A DNA stretch of 64,000 nucleotides, from assembly GCA_964353705.1 (NCBI GenBank), contig CAYGXD010000003.1, positions 891-64,890 of the forward strand, given 5' to 3'. Shown one piece after another: positions 33,565 to 43,240 of the stretch (position 1 is its first letter; every line of letters begins with the position of its first letter). A model generated the notes under the pieces. The model was not told the DNA's origin. It saw only the letters and a list, made by a program, of their open reading frames with translations, and made no database searches. The translations under genes and the position numbers were made by a program. The DNA is from an uncultured Eubacteriales bacterium (lineage in GTDB: Bacteria; Acidobacteriota; Aminicenantia; Aminicenantales; UBA8522).

Positions 33565-35394
33565 CTACTCGACGGTCACGCTCTTGGCCAGGTTCCGGGG
33601 CTGGTCGACGTCGGCGCCGCGTTTGGCGGCGATGTGGTAAGCAAAAAGCTGGAGAGGAAGGACGGTCAGGAAGGGGCTCCAGAGGGGGGAGCAGGCAGGG
33701 ACACGAATCACCTCGTCCGCATGGCTTGAGATCTCTTCGTCACCCTCAAAGGCCAGCGCCAGGACATAGCCCGACCGCGCTTTGATCTCGGAGATATTGC
33801 CGAGCATCTTTTCATAGGCTCGATCCTTGGGAACCACGGCCAGTGTCGGCATATCCTCGTCTATCAGGGCGATGGGGCCGTGCTTCATCTCTCCGCCCGC
33901 ATAGCCCTCGGCGTGGAGATAGGAGATCTCTTTGAGCTTGAGGGCACCTTCCAAGGCGACCGGAAAGCTGACCCAGCGGCCGAGATAGAGAAAATGGGTG
34001 AAGGCCAGAAACCTCTGGGCGAGGTCCTCGAGACGCTTGGCATCGGCCAGGGTCCTCTCCAGCTTGTGCGGAACCCGCAGCAGGTCCTGGATAAGGGGAG
34101 TGCAGGTCGCTTCGTCACTCTTTCCATTGGCTTGGGCCAGATAGAGCGCCAGAAGGGCCAGGGCCGCCAGCTGGGCAGAAAATGTCTTGGTTGCGGCGAC
34201 ACCGATCTCAGGCCCGGCGTGGGTGTAGAGGGCCCTCCCGGCTTCCCGGGCGATGGTCGAATTGACCACATTGGAGATGGCCAGGGTGAGCCCGCCCGCC
34301 TTCTTGATCTCCCTCAGGGCGGCGAGAGTATCCGCCGTCTCGCCGGACTGGGAGATGACGACGACCAGGGTTCTTGGGTCCAGAAGAAGGTCATGGTAAC
34401 GGTACTCAGAGGCATATTCAACCGAGACGGGAACTTGGGCCAAAGATTCGATGAAATACTTACCAGCCAGCCCGGCATGATAGGATGTCCCACAGGCAAT
34501 GATCAGGACCCGCTCGATCGTCTTTGTCATCCGGAGAGATAGCCCGGCTTCATCGAGATAAACCCTCCCCGAACCCTGGGAGATGCGGCCCTCGAGCGTG
34601 TCCCGGATGACCTGGGGCTGTTCGAATATTTCCTTGAGCATGAAGTGCTTGAAGCCCTTTTTCTCGATCATCAGGGGGTTCCAGGAAAGATGGTCCACCT
34701 TCTTGCTCAAGGGATTGCCCTGAAAATCGAGGAACCGGACCCCCTGCCGTTCCAGCACGGCGATTTCTTTGTCCTCGAGGAAGACGACGCGGGAGGTATG
34801 TCCGAGGATGGCGTTGATATCGGAGGAGATAAGGAATTCATTATCTCCCAGGCCGACCACTGCCGGAGGGCCTGTCTTGGCGGCGACTATCTTGCCGGGA
34901 TCCCGCGTCGACATGGCGGCAACGGCGTAGGCGCCTTCGAGCTCCCGTATGGCCATTATCACAGCCTCCTCGAGAGAGCCCTTGAGATGCTTTTCTATGA
35001 GGTGAGCGATGACCTCGGTATCCGTCTCCGTTCGGAAGACGTGGCCCTCGCTGATGAGTTCTTCTTTGAGCAGGCTGTAGTTTTCGATGATGCCGTTGTG
35101 GACGACCACCACCGTTCCCGAGCAGTCCCGGTGCGGATGGGCGTTCTCCTCGCTCGGCCGGCCATGGGTGGCCCAGCGGGTGTGCCCCAGACCGCAGCTC
35201 CCCTCCAGGGGAGATGCCTTCAGGCTCTCGACAAGGTCGCGGATCTTCCCTTTAACCCGCCTGACCTGGATTTTGTTATCGCGGACGACAGCGACACCCG
35301 CGCTGTCATAGCCCCTGTATTCGAGCTTCTTGAGGCCGTCCAGTAAAATGGGGACCGCGTTGCCGGGTCCCAGGTAACCGATGATCCCGCACAC
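33565..35394 (-). CDS. glmS: glutamine--fructose-6-phosphate aminotransferase
   Basis: GTG start followed by CGIIGY (N-terminal Cys nucleophile), two SIS domains, C-terminal ...SVTVE. 609 aa. Confidence 0.9.
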   Translation of the reverse strand: MCGIIGYLGPGNAVPILLDGLKKLEYRGYDSAGVAVVRDNKIQVRRVKGKIRDLVESLKASPLEGSCGLGHTRWATHGRPSEENAHPHRDCSGTVVVVHNGIIENYSLLKEELISEGHVFRTETDTEVIAHLIEKHLKGSLEEAVIMAIRELEGAYAVAAMSTRDPGKIVAAKTGPPAVVGLGDNEFLISSDINAILGHTSRVVFLEDKEIAVLERQGVRFLDFQGNPLSKKVDHLSWNPLMIEKKGFKHFMLKEIFEQPQVIRDTLEGRISQGSGRVYLDEAGLSLRMTKTIERVLIIACGTSYHAGLAGKYFIESLAQVPVSVEYASEYRYHDLLLDPRTLVVVISQSGETADTLAALREIKKAGGLTLAISNVVNSTIAREAGRALYTHAGPEIGVAATKTFSAQLAALALLALYLAQANGKSDEATCTPLIQDLLRVPHKLERTLADAKRLEDLAQRFLAFTHFLYLGRWVSFPVALEGALKLKEISYLHAEGYAGGEMKHGPIALIDEDMPTLAVVPKDRAYEKMLGNISEIKARSGYVLALAFEGDEEISSHADEVIRVPACSPLWSPFLTVLPLQLFAYHIAAKRGADVDQPRNLAKSVTVE

Positions 35395-36665
35395 TATTTC
35401 CTCTTCTTCCGCCGGACCCAGCCCGGCCTCTCGACCTGCCGGCCGCGGGCCACGGCTAGGGCCTCGGGGGAGACATCCCTGGTGATGACGGAACCGGCGC
35501 CGACATAAGCCCGCCGTCCGATTTTTACCGGCGCGACAAGCTCGGTGCCCGAGCCGATAAAAGCTCCCTCCTCGATCACCGTCCGGGATTTCCTGACCCC
35601 GTCATAGTTGCATGTGATGGTGCCCGCCCCGATGTTGACGTCTTTCCCGACGATCGTATCCCCGAGGTAGGAAAGGTGTCCGGCCTTGGATCGCTCGCCG
35701 AAGACCGTGTTCTTCATCTCGACAAAATTCCCCACCTTGGCTTTCGACCGGACCACTGTATTCGGCCGCAAATGGGTGAAGGGGCCGACCTGAGCGTCGT
35801 CCTCGACACGGCTCCGTTCGAGCATCGTCGAACTGAGCACCTTAACCCTGTCGCCGAGATGCACATCGACCAGATGGACAAAGGGATAGATCCGGCATTG
35901 CGCGCCGATCCTGGTCTGTCCCTCGATTACGGCAGAAGGATAAATGACGGTTCCCCGGCCGATGCGGACGTCCAAGTCCACCCAGGTCGTCGCCGGGTCA
36001 AGCACGATGACTCCCCGCGATTCAAGCTGACTGATTTTTCTCCGCCGCAGATAGGCGACCGCTTGGGATATGACTTCGGCAGTGCTCACGGCCAAGGATT
36101 CCTCGGGACGCCGGATCCGGTAAATTCCGGTCTTCTTGCCCGATCCCGCCATGACCCGGATGAGGCCGTCTGTCCCGCTCCGTGTTTTTTTAGATCGGCG
36201 GAGCTGGCCGGCGGCCTCGACTATGTCCCGGACCTTGGCTACAAACAAGAGAGTTCCTGCGGCCCCTTCGGCCACGGTCAGGCTGTTCTTTTCTCTGCTG
36301 TGGACCCGGAGAAAGGCCCGGAGCGTTCGCGGGCTGAGCAGCGCGAGGCGGGCGTCCAGGACGAGAAGATCTTTAGATGGGTGTCTGCGCAGCCAATCCC
36401 CGGCGGAATCGACGGCGGAAAGGAAGCCCGCTGTCTCCCCGCCCCCCAACCACTGCAGGCCGGACGGAAGAAAGGAACCGTCGCTCTTCTCCTTCCCTGC
36501 GGCCCCGAAAGCCAGGATCTTCTCCGGCCTCAAGCTATGGACCGCCTCGACTGTAAGCTGGAGGATGGATCTTCCCAGCAGTCTCTGGTCCAAAGGTACG
36601 GCGGGGGTTCTGGTTCCTGTTCCTTTGCCTGTCAGCAAGACAAGCGCCAGCCGGTTCGGCCTCAT
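35394..36665 (-). CDS. glmU: GlmU-like bifunctional protein: divergent N-terminal nucleotidyltransferase domain plus left-handed beta-helix acetyltransferase
   Basis: C-terminal hexapeptide repeats and the acetyltransferase region (GKDVNIGAGTITCNYDG) are clear. The N-terminal LLTGKGTGTRTP deviates from the canonical LAAGKGTRM. Stop overlaps the glmS GTG by 1 nt. Confidence 0.65.
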   Translation of the reverse strand: MRPNRLALVLLTGKGTGTRTPAVPLDQRLLGRSILQLTVEAVHSLRPEKILAFGAAGKEKSDGSFLPSGLQWLGGGETAGFLSAVDSAGDWLRRHPSKDLLVLDARLALLSPRTLRAFLRVHSREKNSLTVAEGAAGTLLFVAKVRDIVEAAGQLRRSKKTRSGTDGLIRVMAGSGKKTGIYRIRRPEESLAVSTAEVISQAVAYLRRRKISQLESRGVIVLDPATTWVDLDVRIGRGTVIYPSAVIEGQTRIGAQCRIYPFVHLVDVHLGDRVKVLSSTMLERSRVEDDAQVGPFTHLRPNTVVRSKAKVGNFVEMKNTVFGERSKAGHLSYLGDTIVGKDVNIGAGTITCNYDGVRKSRTVIEEGAFIGSGTELVAPVKIGRRAYVGAGSVITRDVSPEALAVARGRQVERPGWVRRKKRK

Positions 36666-37171
36666 GTCATACGGGTGATCAGCTTGAACTTCTTATCGTC
36701 CCAGAGGGATTCAAAATCGATCTCGTTTTGCGCCAGGATGCGGTAGACCTTGTCTCTCTGGAAGGCCTTCTTCAGGCATTCCATGGCTTCATCCGCTTTC
36801 CCCATCAGGATATGGGCGTCGGCCATGAGATAATAGACCTTGCCCTCTTCTGCTTTTATCTCCATGGCCTTTTCCAGAAGCGTCAGGGCTTCCTCGTGGG
36901 CTCCGGAATTAATCTTGTAGATGCTTTGATAAATGTAATCGTCGCCGGTTTTCAGGGAAACCGTCTCCTTTTTGCCCCGTTCCTGGGTCATCCGAAGATA
37001 GATCTTGGCCCGGTCCAAGAGTTCCTTCTCCGTATCGTACTTTTCGGGAAAAGCCTTAAGAAGCTCCTGAGCTCTGTCGAACCTTCCCTTGTGGAATTCC
37101 TTCATGGCTTCGCTAAAAGCGGCCAGGGCCTTTTCATAAGCGTCTTTCTTGGTCTTTTCTTCCTTCACCAT
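36662..37171 (-). CDS. TPR-repeat protein
   Basis: 169 aa with three TPR-like units (AYEKALAAFSEAM..., ALTLLEKAMEI..., AMECLKKAFQRD). ATGA overlap with the glmU start. Confidence 0.55.
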   Translation of the reverse strand: MVKEEKTKKDAYEKALAAFSEAMKEFHKGRFDRAQELLKAFPEKYDTEKELLDRAKIYLRMTQERGKKETVSLKTGDDYIYQSIYKINSGAHEEALTLLEKAMEIKAEEGKVYYLMADAHILMGKADEAMECLKKAFQRDKVYRILAQNEIDFESLWDDKKFKLITRMT

Positions 37172-37244
37172 GGTCTCCTGAGTCGGGCGATTGTCGGCCG
37201 CCCCATTTTAACCCAGCGCGCGCCTTTTGACAAGGAAGGACTCC

Positions 37245-38111
37245 TCACCCCTGAAGGAACCGGGGGGCGGAGTCCTTTTCGTAGGCCCAGAAATCGGGAT
37301 GGTCGAGGAGGAAAAGGACGGCCTGATGATGGAGGCGATGGCCCGCCCGCTCTGCCCGGAAATGGCCGAACAAGGGATGCCCGAAGAGCGCCAGGTCACC
37401 GATTAGATCCAGGACTTTGTGGCGGACGAATTCGTCCCTGAAGCGGAGCTGTCCGCTGATGAGTCTCTCTTCATCCAGGACCACAGCGTTGTCCAGGCTT
37501 CCCCCCAGGGCCAAACCGCGCTTCCGGAGCTCGGCGGCTTCCTTGAGGAACCCGAACGTCCGGGCGGGAGCGATCTCTTCGCGAAAACGATCTTGAGTCA
37601 GGGACATAGATATGTCCTGTCGGCCGATGAGCGGATGGGAAAAATCAATAGCATAGGATACTCGGAAATCAGGGTCCGGAGAGAAGGAGAGGCTGGCCCC
37701 CTTCTCTTCCAGTGTATGCGGCTTAAGAATCCTGACAGCCACGACTGCCTGGGGAAGCGGCTGCAAGCCCGCTTGCAGGATGGCCTCCATCAGGGGAGCC
37801 GCGCTCCCGTCCAGGATAGGGATTTCCTCGCCCTCGAGTTCGATCTCCACGCTGACAAGGCCGAGGATATAAAGCACCGCCAGAAGGTGCTCCAGCGTCC
37901 GGATCCGGCCCGACTCGAAGACCAGGCAGGTACAATTCAGGGATTCGGTCTTACGGGGATCAATCTCAACCTCCAGGCTATCCAGGTCCATCCTCCGGAA
38001 TAGGATTTTTCCCTTTGAGGAAGGCTTGATGGTTAAGCTGACCTGCTTTCCCGAATGGATCCCGACGCCCGAGACCGAAACCGGGCGCTTGACCGTCCGC
38101 ATCTGGAACAT
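37245..38111 (-). CDS. lpxC: UDP-3-O-acyl-N-acetylglucosamine deacetylase
   Basis: MFQMRTVKRPVSVSGVGIHSGKQVSLTIKP, with HxxxD-type zinc ligands later in the sequence. 288 aa. Confidence 0.8.
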   Translation of the reverse strand: MFQMRTVKRPVSVSGVGIHSGKQVSLTIKPSSKGKILFRRMDLDSLEVEIDPRKTESLNCTCLVFESGRIRTLEHLLAVLYILGLVSVEIELEGEEIPILDGSAAPLMEAILQAGLQPLPQAVVAVRILKPHTLEEKGASLSFSPDPDFRVSYAIDFSHPLIGRQDISMSLTQDRFREEIAPARTFGFLKEAAELRKRGLALGGSLDNAVVLDEERLISGQLRFRDEFVRHKVLDLIGDLALFGHPLFGHFRAERAGHRLHHQAVLFLLDHPDFWAYEKDSAPRFLQG

Positions 38112-38196
38112 AGCGGGAGCTAGTATATCCTAAATGGGGACGTTCCCAAAGGCCCGGCTCTTGGTGAGTGGGAATCCGTATGGTAATATATCTCCC

Positions 38197-38940
38197 ATGA
38201 AGACGGAGCTCGAAGAGGTCCTGGAAAAGGTCTCCAGCGGGCAGATGTCCTCCGGCGAGGCCTTCCGGAGGCTCCAGGATTACCCTTACCAGGACCTCGG
38301 GTTTGCCAAGGTGGACCACCACCGGGAAGTCAGAAAAGGTTTCCCGGAGATCATATACGGCCAGGGAAAGACGGACTCCCAGATCATCGAGATCGCCCGG
38401 CAGATCTCGAAAAGAGGAAACAGCCTGCTCATCACCAGGGCTGCCCCACAGGTTTATCAGAAGGTCAAACGGAAGATCCCCGGCTGCCTCTACAATCCGC
38501 TGGGCAGGACGATCTGCCTGAAAAAGAAGCGGCCGGCGCCCGGAAAGGGCCGGATCGTTATCATCACGGCCGGGACCTCAGATATCCCCGTAGCTGAGGA
38601 GGCATTCGTAACCTGCGAGATGCTCGGCAATGAGACCGATCGGATTTACGACGTCGGGGTGGCGGGCATTCATCGGCTGTTCGGAGAGATGGACAGAATC
38701 CGGAAGGCGCGCTTGATCATCGTTGTGGCAGGCATGGAAGGCGCCCTGCCGAGCGTCGTGGCCGGGCTGGTCAAGGTGCCCGTCATCGCCGTCCCCACCA
38801 GTATCGGCTACGGAGCGAGTTTCCAGGGCCTTGCGGCTCTCCTCGCCATGCTCAACTCCTGCCCCGGCGGAGTGGCTGTCATGAACATCGATAACGGGTT
38901 CGGAGCCGGCTACCTGGCCAGCCTGATCAATCACCTCTGA
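38197..38940 (+). CDS. larB: LarB-like nickel-pincer cofactor biosynthesis protein (PurE-fold carboxylase/hydrolase)
   Basis: N-terminal helical extension MKTELEEVLEKVSSGQMSSGEAFRRLQ. PurE-like core IVIITAGTSDIPVAEEA...IIVVAGMEGALPSVVAGL. Start set at the internal ATG; the ORF begins at 38134 and neither ATG has an SD. Confidence 0.6.
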   Translation: MKTELEEVLEKVSSGQMSSGEAFRRLQDYPYQDLGFAKVDHHREVRKGFPEIIYGQGKTDSQIIEIARQISKRGNSLLITRAAPQVYQKVKRKIPGCLYNPLGRTICLKKKRPAPGKGRIVIITAGTSDIPVAEEAFVTCEMLGNETDRIYDVGVAGIHRLFGEMDRIRKARLIIVVAGMEGALPSVVAGLVKVPVIAVPTSIGYGASFQGLAALLAMLNSCPGGVAVMNIDNGFGAGYLASLINHL

Positions 38941-38950
38941 TAATAGCCTT

Positions 38951-40684
38951 ATGGAAATCATCGACCAGCTTCGGCAGGCCGCAGATATCGTTGATATCGC
39001 CTCGCAGTATACCACGCTGAAAAGGCGCGGGCGGAAACATGTCGGCCTCTGCCCCTTTCATTCGGAAAAGGGCCCTTCCTTTACGGTGGACTCCGAGAAG
39101 CAGCTTTTCCACTGCTTCGGCTGCGGAGTGGGCGGGGACGTCTTCACCCTGGTCATGGAGAAGGAGAACCTCACGTTCCCGGAAGCGTTGAGTCACCTGG
39201 CTGAGAAATACCACATTCCCCTGCCTCAAAAAAACAAACTCTCCCCCGAGCTCCAGAAGCTCGAGGAGAAAGTTTATAAGGTGAACGAGGCGGCTCTCGC
39301 GTTTTTCCGGCGGAGCCTCTTTCAGAAAGGAGAGGGGGAAACCGCGCTGGCTTACCTGAAAAAAAGGGACCTGTCCGACGACACCATGGAAGCCCTCAAG
39401 GTCGGTTATGCCCCGAATTCCTGGAACGCGCTCCTGACCTATTTTCAAGGGAGGCGCACGGAGCCCGCTCTCCTGGAAAAGGCCGGGCTCGTCGTCCCCG
39501 GTCAGAGAAAGCCTGAATACTATGACCGCTTCCGCGGCCGCGTCATCTTCCCCATCTTCAGCCTGAGCGGGAAAGTCGTCGCTTTCGGAGGCAGGACGAT
39601 CACCGACGCCGACCCCAAGTACCTCAATTCGCCCGATACGCCCGTCTATTCCAAAGGCAAGCTCCTCTATGGTCTGAACTGGACCAAGGAGGCCGTCCGG
39701 GAGGCCGGCGAGATCATCCTGGTCGAGGGCTATACCGACTTCGCTTCTCTCTACCAGGCCGGGATCCGGAACGCCGCCGCCTCGCTGGGGACGGCGCTCA
39801 CGCCCTTCCAGGTGGACATCGCCAGACGAGCCACAGGCCATGATTCCGCCAGGATCATCATCAACTACGACGGGGATTCGGCCGGAAAGAACGCCGCTTT
39901 CCGGGCCGTCCCTCTCTGTTTCGAGAAAGCCGTCCAAACCCAGGTCCTCGTCCTCCCGCAGAACCTTGACCCGGACGCGTTCATCCGGAAATTCGGGCCC
40001 CAGTCTTATCTCGACCTGGCCAGGAAGAGCGTCTCCGGACTCAAGTTCCTGGTCGATATGAACCTCCGGACAGGGAGGATGAGCGTTCCCGAGGAGAAGT
40101 CGAGGGTCATCAAGACGATCGTCGCCGAGCTCGACAAGATCCCGGACTCGATCGTCCGGAGCGAATACCTGCGACAGACAGGTGAGTATCTGGGTGTCGA
40201 CGAATCGATCCTGCGCCAGATTATAGAAAGGCGGCCGGCCGGACAGGCTAAGGAGGAAAAGGCCGGATTATTCCCCGCCGAAAGAAGGCTTCTGGAAATC
40301 CTCCTCCAAAATCCCCAGGTCGCGGTCCAAATCCTGGCTCAGACTGAAGAGGACGAGTTCTCGGGACTGGCCAGTGAAACCGCCCTCCGGTTTATGCGGG
40401 ATTGTGTCAGGACGAGAAAAAAAATCGTCCTGGCCGAACTCGGCAAGGCCATCTCCCCTCAACTTTCGCGATGGATATCCGAGGCGATGCTGGAAAGGCT
40501 GGGCCAGGGGACGATGGAAGAAGCCATGCAGAACCTCATATCCCTGCGCCGGACCCAGCTCGAAAGTCTCTCTCGCGCCCTGCAAAAGGAGATTGACCGC
40601 TGCCAGCGGAACGGAGAGAAGGAAAAGCTGGCCGCGCTTCTCACCCAGAGACAGGCTTTGACCAGGAAAATCATGTCGATGTGA
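38951..40684 (+). CDS. dnaG: DNA primase
   Basis: CHC2 zinc finger CPFHSEKGPSFTVDSEKQLFHCFGCGVGGD, Toprim ILVEGYTDFASL, C-terminal helicase-interaction region. Confidence 0.9.
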   Translation: MEIIDQLRQAADIVDIASQYTTLKRRGRKHVGLCPFHSEKGPSFTVDSEKQLFHCFGCGVGGDVFTLVMEKENLTFPEALSHLAEKYHIPLPQKNKLSPELQKLEEKVYKVNEAALAFFRRSLFQKGEGETALAYLKKRDLSDDTMEALKVGYAPNSWNALLTYFQGRRTEPALLEKAGLVVPGQRKPEYYDRFRGRVIFPIFSLSGKVVAFGGRTITDADPKYLNSPDTPVYSKGKLLYGLNWTKEAVREAGEIILVEGYTDFASLYQAGIRNAAASLGTALTPFQVDIARRATGHDSARIIINYDGDSAGKNAAFRAVPLCFEKAVQTQVLVLPQNLDPDAFIRKFGPQSYLDLARKSVSGLKFLVDMNLRTGRMSVPEEKSRVIKTIVAELDKIPDSIVRSEYLRQTGEYLGVDESILRQIIERRPAGQAKEEKAGLFPAERRLLEILLQNPQVAVQILAQTEEDEFSGLASETALRFMRDCVRTRKKIVLAELGKAISPQLSRWISEAMLERLGQGTMEEAMQNLISLRRTQLESLSRALQKEIDRCQRNGEKEKLAALLTQRQALTRKIMSM

Positions 40685-40713
40685 TATAATGTCCGGGATG
40701 CGAGGTATCCGTT

Positions 40714-42336
40714 TTGTCTTCTGAACATAAATACCAAAAAGACGAGATAAGCCAACTCCTCTCCAAGGGAAGAAAGCAGGGCTACCTGCTTTTTGATGAG
40801 GTCGACAAGACCTTCCACGAAGAGCTGGATTCAGAGGGAAATTTCGACGAATTCCTCAGCTCCATGGACGATTATGGGATCAAGATCCTCGGCGCCAAGA
40901 GGACCCAGCTCGTGTCGCAAAAAAGGAAGGGAGATCCGGTTTCCGTCCACGTGCTGGATCGGACAACCGACCCGGTCAAGCTGTACCTGCGCGAAATGGG
41001 CAACATCTCGCTCCTCACCCGAGAGGGGGAGATCGCGATCGCCCGCGAGATAGAGCGGGGCGAGAAGACCATAATCAAGGCCCTCTCCAAAACCCGGCTT
41101 GTGCTCAACCAGGTCCTCGCCCTGGAGGAACAGATAAAGACCAATCTCCTCATCTTTCTGGAGATGTTCGACCTGAGCGACGAGGAGATCACCGAGTACA
41201 AGCTGGAGGAAAAAAAGAAGGATGTCCTGGCCAAGATCAAGAGGATCCGGGATCTCTGCCGCCGTCTGGACAAGATTCCCAGTGCCAGGAAATATTATTT
41301 CGCCCGAGGCCGTTTCATCGTCCTGATGAGCCGGCTGGTCCGGGAGCTCAACATCCGGCCGGGCGAGCGGGAGAAGATCATTGACTCACTCCGGGGGCAT
41401 CTCAGGCAGATCAGCGATCTCGAGGATACCAAGGAAGAGCTCACCCTGGCCTCAACCCGCGTCCGGGGCAAGAAGAACGCCGAGCTCCTCAGGCAAAAGC
41501 TCCAGGAAGTCAACAAGCAATCCCGGGCTTACCATAAGGAGATCGGCCTGGACTCCCAGGGCCTGCGGAAAACCCTCCGGGCCATTACCACGGGCAAGAA
41601 GGTCAGCGACCAGGCCAAGAAAGAGCTGGTCGCAGCCAACCTGAGGCTCGTTGTCTCGATAGCCAAAAAATACAGCAACCGGGGGCTTCAATTCCTCGAT
41701 CTCATCCAGGAAGGGAACATGGGGCTGATGAAGGCGGTCGACAAGTTCGAATACCGCCGGGGGTATAAGTTCTCGACCTACGCCACCTGGTGGATCCGGC
41801 AGGCCATCACCCGGGCCATCGCCGACCAGGCCCGGACCATTCGCATTCCCGTCCATATGATCGAGACTATCAACAAGTTCATCCGGATTTCGCGCGGCCT
41901 TGTCCAGGAAGTCGGCCGGGAGCCATCGAACGAAGAGATCGCCAAGAAAATGGATATGCCGGTGGTCAAGGTCCGCAAAATCATCAAGATCGCCCAGGAA
42001 CCAATCTCCCTCGAAACGCCCATCGGCGAAGAAGAGGATAGCCATCTGGGAGATTTCATCGAAGACAAGCTCATGCCGTCGCCTCCCGACACGGTTATCC
42101 ATATCAACCTGCGCGAACAGATCGAGGAGGCCCTCAAGTCCTTGACCGAGAGAGAGGCTAAGGTCCTGAAGATGCGCTTTGGACTGGGGGACGGGAACGA
42201 GCACACCCTGGAAGAGGTCGGCCAGCAGTTCAAGGTCACCCGGGAGAGGATCCGCCAGATCGAGGCCAAAGCCCTCCGCAAGCTAAAACACCCCAGCCGC
42301 AGCCGAAAGCTGCGGTCATTCACCAACAACCACTAG
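40714..42336 (+). CDS. rpoD: RNA polymerase primary sigma factor
   Basis: TTG start with GAGG upstream. Region 2 [33 protein letters not shown] and the region 4.2 HTH. The usual dnaG-rpoD arrangement. Confidence 0.9.
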   Translation: MSSEHKYQKDEISQLLSKGRKQGYLLFDEVDKTFHEELDSEGNFDEFLSSMDDYGIKILGAKRTQLVSQKRKGDPVSVHVLDRTTDPVKLYLREMGNISLLTREGEIAIAREIERGEKTIIKALSKTRLVLNQVLALEEQIKTNLLIFLEMFDLSDEEITEYKLEEKKKDVLAKIKRIRDLCRRLDKIPSARKYYFARGRFIVLMSRLVRELNIRPGEREKIIDSLRGHLRQISDLEDTKEELTLASTRVRGKKNAELLRQKLQEVNKQSRAYHKEIGLDSQGLRKTLRAITTGKKVSDQAKKELVAANLRLVVSIAKKYSNRGLQFLDLIQEGNMGLMKAVDKFEYRRGYKFSTYATWWIRQAITRAIADQARTIRIPVHMIETINKFIRISRGLVQEVGREPSNEEIAKKMDMPVVKVRKIIKIAQEPISLETPIGEEEDSHLGDFIEDKLMPSPPDTVIHINLREQIEEALKSLTEREAKVLKMRFGLGDGNEHTLEEVGQQFKVTRERIRQIEAKALRKLKHPSRSRKLRSFTNNH

Positions 42337-42383
42337 TCTTGCCGGTTTGACTATCCGGAACGGATTTGATATAAGAAGGCGGA

Positions 42384-42455
42384 GGGCCTATAGCTCAGCG
42401 GTAGAGCTACCGGCTCATAACCGGCAGGTCCCAGGTTCGAATCCTGGTAGGCCCA
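42384..42455 (+). tRNA. tRNA with CAT anticodon (tRNA-Met elongator type, or tRNA-Ile2 if lysidinylated)
   Basis: Cloverleaf with acceptor GGGCCTA/TAGGCCC, D-arm GCTC-AGCGGTA-GAGC, anticodon loop CTCATAA, T-arm CCAGG-TTCGAAT-CCTGG. The 1-72 pair is G-C, so it is not an initiator type. CCA is not encoded. Confidence 0.85.
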
Positions 42456-42476
42456 TATTGTTCCCGAGGAAGAGAT

Positions 42477-43238
42477 GTGGAAATCGATTTCGAGAGGCTG
42501 ATCCAGCTGCAGCAACTGGATATGGAGATCCGGGAACTTAGTCTCTTCCTTGAAAACATCCCCCCCCAGATAGAAGAAATCGACAAGAAGATAGAGGAGA
42601 GCGCCCTCCTGTCCGCCGCCGCCAAAGACAAGATGACCGGGAGCCAGAAAATAAGACGGGAGCTCGAGTCCGAGGTCAAGGACATCAAGTCCCAGATAGG
42701 CAAGTACAAGCGCCAGCTCAACGAAGTCAAGACGAACAAGGAATATACCGCCCTTCTTAAGGAGATCGAGGAATCCGAGAAAAAAGTGGACCGGCTGGAG
42801 GAGGCATTCATCTCCGAGATGCTGCTGGAGGACGATATCCAGAAAGAGATCAAGACGGCCGGCCAGAGGCACACCGAGACCCAGACCACGCTGACGCGGG
42901 AAAAGGAGTTGCTCTTCCAGAAGAAGAGCGAGACGGAAGAAAAGCTCCGGGTGCTCGGTCAACGAAGGGAAGAGCTTCTGCCCTCGATACCCCCCGAGCA
43001 GGTCAACCTTTATCTCAGGATCTCCCATAAAAAGGGAGGCACCGCCCTCTCCCCCGTCACAGACGATTTTTGTTCCTTATGCCACGTGCGCGTCCGGCCC
43101 CAGGTCCTAAACGAACTGCTCTCCGCCGGAAAGCTCATTCTCTGTGAGAATTGCGGCCGCATCCTCTACTGGCGGGAACAAAAGTCCGAAACCGAACCCG
43201 GGGCCGAGGCCGAAGGGACCGAAGCCAAGGTCGAATAA
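42477..43238 (+). CDS. zinc-ribbon domain protein (DUF164/COG1579-like coiled coil plus C4 zinc ribbon)
   Basis: GTG start after GAGGAAG. Long coiled coil, then CSLCHVRV...CENCGRILY. Confidence 0.6.
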   Translation: MEIDFERLIQLQQLDMEIRELSLFLENIPPQIEEIDKKIEESALLSAAAKDKMTGSQKIRRELESEVKDIKSQIGKYKRQLNEVKTNKEYTALLKEIEESEKKVDRLEEAFISEMLLEDDIQKEIKTAGQRHTETQTTLTREKELLFQKKSETEEKLRVLGQRREELLPSIPPEQVNLYLRISHKKGGTALSPVTDDFCSLCHVRVRPQVLNELLSAGKLILCENCGRILYWREQKSETEPGAEAEGTEAKVE

Positions 43239-43240
43239 AA

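Noticed and set aside
42384-42455. Possibility that the CAT-anticodon tRNA is an initiator tRNA-fMet
   Set aside because: The 1-72 pair is a G-C Watson-Crick pair and the anticodon stem lacks three consecutive G-C pairs. It is an elongator Met or Ile2 type, and which of the two cannot be settled from sequence alone.
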